Below, piece after piece: positions 56,011 through 64,000 of a DNA stretch of 64,000 bases. The stretch lies in assembly GCF_009914755.1 (NCBI RefSeq), contig NC_060929.1; one strand, 5' to 3'. The number at the start of each line of letters is the position of its first letter. Position 1 is the stretch's first letter. The position numbers and the translations under genes are program-made. The notes below the pieces were generated by a model. That model searched no databases, was not told where the DNA came from, and saw only the letters and a program-made list of their open reading frames with translations. This DNA is from the human T2T-CHM13v2.0 reference genome, Homo sapiens.

Positions 56011-57279
56011 CTGCCTGCCTAATCTAAATTGGCTATTTGCACTGTCCAAACACACCAGTTGATATTCTGAACTTCCTTTGACTTTCCACCCGATAAGCAG
56101 CTTAAGGATGACTGACTGTATTGACTTGCCCAAGTCAAGCTGGGGCTGCACGGATGGTCTCTATCCATTGCTTCTGCTGTGCATGGCTAATACAGCTCCC
56201 AGCCACCGGGTAATCCTTGCTAGCATCCAGTTATTTTGCTGTCACTCACCACCTCTGGGCAATCTTTATCTCTGACCTAAAAACCCGTGAGAGCTAATTC
56301 CTAGAATTTAAAGAATTTCCAACAGGTATGTGAGAGTAGAAGCATTTCTACTAAGATCTTTGTCTCTTAAAAAAAATAAAATAAAAAAGGAGCAGATAGC
56401 CACAAAGAAACAAGAAAATATAATTATGGGTCTATTTGTCTTGCCTTTCATCTCAGAGAGAAATGTGGCATCTTGTAGAGCATGTGGGTTGATTTCAGCC
56501 GAACAACAGTAAACTCATTAGAAGCTACAAGATGGGGTATTTTAGAAAAGAATACAGAGTGGAGGTTGTAAGTGAAATATGAAAATGTTTTTATTCTAAA
56601 ACTAGAATAAATTTTCTATGTAAATTTTCTTCATGACACAGAGATAAAATTAAGTGAAAAACAAAAATAGAAGAATGGTCTCTAATTTTTGCCTCCCCAC
56701 CACAAAAACAGGGGCTATGCAAGGACAATGTATGCATTTATACACATGCCTATGAGCCATGAGTCTCCATTTTCTTGTTTGTATCATGGTTTCACAAAGA
56801 TAATACCTGTCTCCTCCTACTTAACAACCTCTAAAGCAAATACAACAAAAATGAGCTAGTAGACACCATTCCCATGCCTACCCCCAAGTAACTTATCCAG
56901 CTTTGAAAGAATTACCATCCAAAGGAGGAAAACGGGCATCAACCCAGGAGCCTGGGAAAGGTATTTGATACAAAGCATCAAATCTGCCAGGCATTTGATA
57001 CTAAGTAATGACTTCAAAAGCAAGGTGACCAGAGGAAGCTTTAGATCTTCCTCTGCAGGAACAGTTTGACTTTTGCTTTAAACCTGGCACAATTTAATCT
57101 TTATTTGAAGGATATACATACAGAGTCATTTTCTTCATTAAGCTGCCTTGACGTGCGCAGATCCTTCGACAGATTTAAATCAACATGCTTGAAAAATGGG
57201 CACAAATAATTTGGCATGTGAAACGGGATAGGATCTTCTCCAATAAAACATGGAACTTCAACGTGGAGCCAATTACAAC

Positions 57280-58345
57280 GTTGCATAGATTCTAAGACAT
57301 CACCAATTGTAAGGCAGATTTTCATTTTTCAAATGACTGAGAAAAAATGTGTGAATTAAGGTATAGCAGGATCCCTCCATGACAGCCTGTGTACCAGATG
57401 CATGAATCGATCACACCAGTCTCTCCTTAGTTTAAATGTCTTTATCCTGCTGTGTGGATCTGGCAATTTCTCCTGCCTTCAGCAGCATTGGTGGTTGTGT
57501 GCTAGGCAATTCTTCTCCACACATCTCAGTAGTCATTTGTGTCCACCTACTTCTTTTCTTGGGTTTGGTAAGTTATGCTGTGGCAACAAACACCATCCAA
57601 ATCCCAGGGATTTACAGCAACAAGTATATTGCAACAAGTATATTGGCTGTGGTTCTGCTTCGTAAGTCCTGCAGTCCAGAATAAAAGAACAGCCCCTACT
57701 GGGGACATGCCATCCTCATGGCAGAAGGCCAAGAGGAACTGCAGAAGAGTGTGATGGCTCCTAAGGCCTCTGCCCAGAAGAAACATATATCACTCTGCTC
57801 ATGTTCTTTGCCAAAGAAATCACATGGTCAGGCACAACATTATCAGGATGTGAAGTATGCTCCTCTCACATGCAATGCACAAAGGACAGGCCCTAGAGGG
57901 AGGGATCCAGTACAGAGGGGCAGTGAATGTTTTCAACAAATGTTACAATCTACCATTAAGCCTTCGATGGTCACTTTGCAAGGAAATAGAGAATGTGGTT
58001 ATTCTGACAAAGATCAGTATTTGCTCCACTGATAACACATTTTATACCCTGCCACTCTGTTTTCATGCCTTTTTGTGTATTTAATAATTTTTACTTTAAA
58101 TGCCAAAAATATGTAAATTTTGGAGATAATTTAAACATCAATTAAACTCAACCATATAGTTAGCAACAACATACATGACTCAACTGAAGCCACATCGGTG
58201 TAGCAACTGGGGCCGAGTCTACCCAAACACAGGCAATGCCAACTGTGTCACGGCTGTTTCCCGTCAACGGCAAGCATAAATCATCATCATTTGTAAGATG
58301 CATCTCACTTGCACATGTGTTGAAATGTAAAAAAAGAAAAAAAGT
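57280..58345. mobile_element. Kanga-like Tc2 DNA transposon remnant interrupted by an MLT1 LTR
   Basis: Ends gattctaagacatcaccaattgtaagg and ttgtaagatgcatctc...gttgaaatgtaaaaaa...aaatacag resemble Tc2-family termini. Confidence 0.45.
57560..57955 (-). mobile_element. MLT1I/J-like LTR
   Basis: gttatgctgtggcaacaaaca...ggggacatgccatcctcatggcaga...ccaaagaaatcacatgg...acaatctacca. Confidence 0.7.
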
Positions 58346-58408
58346 ATCGTACAATTAAATACAGCATTGTGTGTGTCTGTGTGTGCATGTGTGTGTGTAA
58401 AATAAGAA

Positions 58409-58722
<314 letters not shown>

Positions 58723-58965
58723 TAATATTTGTTTATCAGCTCTTAAATGCTCTGCATTCTTGCTCTTTGGAGCATGGTCTGTGGCCCAGCACTATGGATG
58801 TCTTCCAGGGGCTGGTTACCAGTGAAAAATCTTGAGCCCCAACCAAGACTCTTGACTAAGAATATTAACAAGATCTATGAGTGAACCATATGCTCACTAA
58901 GTTAGATAAGCAGTATTCTAAATGACATTAGTCTTATAGCTGTGAAGTGCATTATAGTGGAGTGA

Positions 58966-58992
58966 ACACACACACACATACACACACACACA
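58966..58992. repeat. (CA)n microsatellite, one interruption
   Basis: Read directly from the sequence. Confidence 0.9.
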
Positions 58993-59129
58993 CGGATCAT
59001 GGGTATGATGAGATGACTCTGCTCAGAATCCTCCCTTGCAGCCTTGGCCCCAGCATGTACAGTGAGAGAGAAGAGCATCTCAGGGTTATCCCATTCAGCA
59101 GGACGAGTGCAATGACAAGGACAGATCAG

Positions 59130-59600
<471 letters not shown>

Positions 59601-61812
59601 TGGGGCTTCCAATGTAGAGGACGCATGCAGATAGAAGGTCCATTTGTGAACTAGAAACAGAGCTATCTGAGCTCTCCTGTGAGCAGCCGAATCTTCTTCA
59701 CCGTCAAGATCACTGTATAAATAATATATTCTCATGTAGGGGGCAGGAAAGAGAACGAGATGTGTTGGATAGAGTTTAGTGCCACCAGGAGTCAGGATTC
59801 AAGTGGGATAACAAGGACTTCAGATTTGATTTGATTGCAGATCCATGTGTCATGTCTAATACACATTCAATGTAGGGAAACCACACAAATTTGAAGTCCC
59901 AAGACCTGGATCTGGAACTTTTTTCTACTGATCATCTTTTTTTTACCCTTGAATAACCCACCTATGCTCCCCAAGGCTCACTTTCAAATAGGTGTTCATA
60001 TCACAGAAACACACACATATATGCATATAAATGCATGAACATTCACATTCACATATAGCAATTTTTAAAACATAATGAACCTCTGCTATTTTCCAAGACT
60101 TTTAGGTTGTCATGGTCATAAATACAGAATGAACCCATCTGTTCTATCTGGTAGCCTATAGATATAAACCTGGGATTGATGACATGATTACTGGGAGAAG
60201 TAGGCTTTCTTCCCGTGTTATAACTTTGAAATGTCTGACCTATCTTGCACTAGGTTACAAACACTGGCAACGATCAACCCGACTTTTGAAGTGGAAAAAT
60301 TACTTGCACGGCAGCTATTGACAACACGACTTTCATTCCAAAAGGATATAAAACTCAAAAGTGAGTGTGAATGCTGGTGATCCCATATTTCTTTGCTCAG
60401 GTGTCAATGCTATATCCCTGGGAAGTTCCCAAATGACTACTCCTGCTTGACAACTTAGGAGGAAACATGGCAGCGATCATTAATCTCATGGGGAAAGTGG
60501 TATGTATGATGAAAAAAGATCTATATATGAATCTTTACTTCTACTTTGGGATATAAAAAATAGGACTCACTGAGAAGAAGAACATGAAGGCCTCTATATG
60601 ATCTTTCTTCCTCCACTCAGTTCTGCTTTTCATCTTTAAACTGGTGATATTCTGATCAAAATGTTCATTCTATCCCAAATCCAAGCATATTCTCTTGAAA
60701 GTGAAGGGGATCCCACAATTAAAAGCAAAAATGCCAACATCTCACCACTGTGCTAATAGGGATGATTCCATTGCATATAAAAGATGCATTTTCTTAGAAA
60801 GAATCTTCATGAAACAGACTTTGCTCAAGTCCACCTATACATAGAGCATGAAGGTGATCAAGAGACTCTTCCAGGAGTTTCTTCTAACACATCCAGCAAA
60901 ACACGGTCCTAAAATGGCAGGACTGGAAAAAAGAGCTACTCAAAATACATGAGGTACTTGTTTTCTTTGTGGGCTTTTTGTTCCTGGAGGGGGAGGAATT
61001 AGGAGGGGAAAGGGCATAGGAAATGATGCAGACATATTGTATAAATTAGGAATGGCCTAAGCTAATTGAAGATAAAAGGGAATAAAACACACATGTTAGG
61101 GAAGTTTGGTTTCAAAACAACTCAATACTACCTATGCTGTTATGGGATAATGAGCAAAAGGTAGTTCTTTCAACTCAGGTAACTAAGAAAGAGAAAACTA
61201 AGCTTTGATCACTATAGAGGAAACCAAATACAGTAAATGGGAAAACCTTAGGGACAGATGGAGAAGGACAGTATTAAGTTTGTGGGGGTGTCATAAGATA
61301 GGAGGCCTTGGAAGACACAATAAAATCAGCTCAGATGCCCATATGCACACTCAATGCAGGTGCTCCGCTGCAGTTCTCAGTCAAGGACCAGGCCTGCAGT
61401 CTGGGGTGGTGAGTCCTTCAGCATTGGATGTGGTGTGTGGTCAGGCAGAACAGAAACCAGATGCAGCCCTGGGGTGCGGGGTCTCATTCAGTCAAGTCAG
61501 GGAATGAGAAGCTGTGAATTATTAGGCTGCTGCTTTTGAAAAGTGGATAGGGAGACAACATAAAACACCAGGAGGCATGGACAGTGAGGCCTGGAGAAGT
61601 GCTGGCACCCTGCAAGCTGATCATTCTGGGTGTGGTACCCAGACCCTGTGTCTCGGTCCAGAACCACACTCCAGAGCTGAGCCTCAGATGAAAGTTGGCC
61701 CTTCCTGAAGGATTCAGAAACATTGTACTCAGGAAGATACAGAAAACTTCAGAAATAATGAAGCAAAACTAACCCACAGAATTAATACTTTGTGTTGAAT
61801 TTAGGAATGAAC

Positions 61813-61892
61813 TGTGTAACCAGGATTTGTGTAACCAGGGTTTTGTGTCACCAGGATTTTTTAAAATCTTGTAACCAGGATTTTTAAAAATC
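61813..61892 (+). repeat. Four imperfect copies of tgtaaccaggattt
   Basis: Read directly from the sequence. Confidence 0.85.
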
Positions 61893-62719
61893 TCTGGGTC
61901 ATTTAAGTCATTTGAAACATCTCTGTTATTCCAGCATATTAGAGCATGGGACTTTTTGGCCTTGGGTTTTAAAATTTTTTAGTTGATTCTAGACTTGTGG
62001 TTTGAATTTGAAAGAAATAAGATTTAAGTTTGCAAAGAGTCTTTGAAGTTCAAGAGAACTTGATTGATTTATTATATTTATAAGAGCTGGGTAAGTGATT
62101 TGAAGGAATTGGTTTATTGTAAGTCTATCCTGTTAGGGATATAAAAGGATTCAGATATATTAAATTTATAAAATATTTTTTAAATGCTTATGGGAATTTA
62201 ACTACTTCAGTTTACACATTTGAGTGCTTAAGTGAATTGTATTTGTTCAATTGATGAGTTAATCAACAAATATTAATAAACAAATATAAGTGATCATTCT
62301 TATTTTACACAAAAATTACTAAATTTATTATTTAAAACAAAGTTTGTCACTTTAACAGGTTAAGAAAAAATTAATTTTCAACTTAAAAATTGAGCCTCTA
62401 TTTAAACAATTACCCTAAGTAAACTTTTCTGAGAAAATATCTTTACTAAAATGTTTTTTCTTAAGTCTTAACTGTTATATACCTCATACGAATTCAGAAA
62501 GGGGTCACATTTTGCTTTGAAACATAAGTATGGTTGTTCTGTTTTCCTTATTAACCATTTGAAGGGAGAAAAAATTATCCCAATATTGCAGCTAAGTTTA
62601 GAGTCCTGCTGTGGAGATACAGCCTTTCTTGGTAGAATGTCAAACTTGAATCCATTCAACCTACACACATTAATAATATAATAATGATAATTTCAGTATT
62701 TGGGTTTATCTTTCACTTT

Positions 62720-62940
62720 TGCAAAGAATAACTGTACATATTCATGAAGTACATAGTGATGTTTTAATACATATAATGTATGGTGATCAGATCAGGGTAA
62801 CTGGCACATCCATCATCTCAAGCCCTTATTATTTCTTTTTGTGGGGGGACAGATATTCAACGTCCTCTTTCTAGCTATTTGAAACTGTATCATATAGTCA
62901 ACTGTAGTCACCCTACAGTGGTACAGAACACTGGAACTTA
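62720..62940 (-). mobile_element. L1MA (MA5-like) 3' end fragment
   Basis: gtacatagtgatgtttt...gtgatcagatcagggtaa...tagtcaccctacagtggtacagaacact. Confidence 0.75.
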
Positions 62941-64000
62941 CTCTGGCCATCGGCTTCTCTAATCAGCGTTTTCTACAAAGCAACCAGAGGCAATTTATGA
63001 TTCTTTCTATCTACTTGAAACCTGGAGACACATGCACCTTACTAACATCATGATGAAGTGTCCTTGGACTTGACTGCTAAGACTATTCCATTTCTAGGAG
63101 ACTTTTTCCCCTTGGGGCTAGAGGACAAAGTAATATCTTCAAAAGCTAAAAGCTCTTGAACACAAAAAGGGCCCAGCACCATGTCTAGCACATAACAGGT
63201 GTGCAACATACCAGGGTTTCCCTATTCTCAGCTCTTTTACTTCAAGCCTTAATTGCCTTCTACCTCCAAGAAAAAAAAAAGAAAAGTAGCCAGGTCTAGG
63301 AGTCAGGATGCCATTGGAGGTTTCGGATAATGTCTTGAGGACTCAGAAGATGAAGCTGCTATAGGGCATAATTTCCCTTTCCTGGTCACACTTGGCCCCA
63401 TCCAAGACAAAGTAGGAACAATTTCCTTCGGCACAGGCTCAAGTGCTGAAGAAGTTTTTCAAGTTCATCCCCTCCTGGTTTTCCTTGTGCTCTCAAGAGT
63501 TCCCAATCTAAGCTCTAATTCAGGGTCCTGATCCTGATCCTTGTGCTCAGAGGAACATGGATGTGCTTTGGAGCAGCCCTTGAATTTGTCTGTGTTGGTG
63601 AATTTGTGTGACAAATTTGGGGTAAGTGTAATTGAATATTGTCATTTTATAGGGAGAGGATCCACAGCTTCCATCCTATTCTCTAAGGGTCCAGAAAAGT
63701 GAAGCTCAACCACCCCAGACATTTCCCAGGTCCTCTCCCTCACCGAAACATACTGACCTCTGTCCATTTCCTGGGAACTTGTCTGCAGGCAAATAGACAA
63801 ATTAACCCCAATGAAGATGGCAGGAGATGACAGGGACCTCAGGGTTGCTCTTCAAGAGCCAGAATAAACTTCATACAACAAAAGAGTCACTGATGTGGCA
63901 TGTCAGGACACTGATCAAGGCATTAAAGGTGTTTGAAGATTGTAGGTTAAGAATTTAAATACAGCAGAATAATTTAACTCTTACAAGACCACACAGTAGA

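Noticed and set aside
57617-57644. Short tandem duplications (gcaacaagtatatt x2; also ~10685, ~28576, ~45610)
   Set aside because: Ordinary slippage events with no further structure.
61813-61892. CRISPR-like array
   Set aside because: Mammalian context, short degenerate units, no unique spacers and no cas genes.

Overview
Primate genomic DNA, almost certainly human because it carries a human-lineage AluYb8. The window is AT-rich and dominated by retroelements and DNA transposons. I recognise no protein-coding host gene: the long ORFs are L1 ORF1/ORF2, Tigger1 transposase or Alu read-through. Main contents are a full-length ~7.8 kb L1MA-type LINE, an L1PA with a clean twin-priming inversion, two truncated L1PAs with TSDs, a full-length Tigger1 carrying an AluYb8 and an MST LTR, a MER41B solo LTR retaining one GAS site, many MaLR/ERVL LTRs, eight Alus and a tailless 5S rRNA retrocopy. 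The most unusual structures are: a ~490 bp duplication bracketing a one-end-truncated THE1/MST LTR; an MLT2 LTR with an inverted core beside a Z-DNA tract; and a 76 bp duplication with a templated filler. Several weak exon and promoter candidates are listed at low confidence. Subfamily names come from recalled consensus sequences, not a database search, and boundaries without a stated TSD are approximate. I found no evidence of a new multi-gene system.
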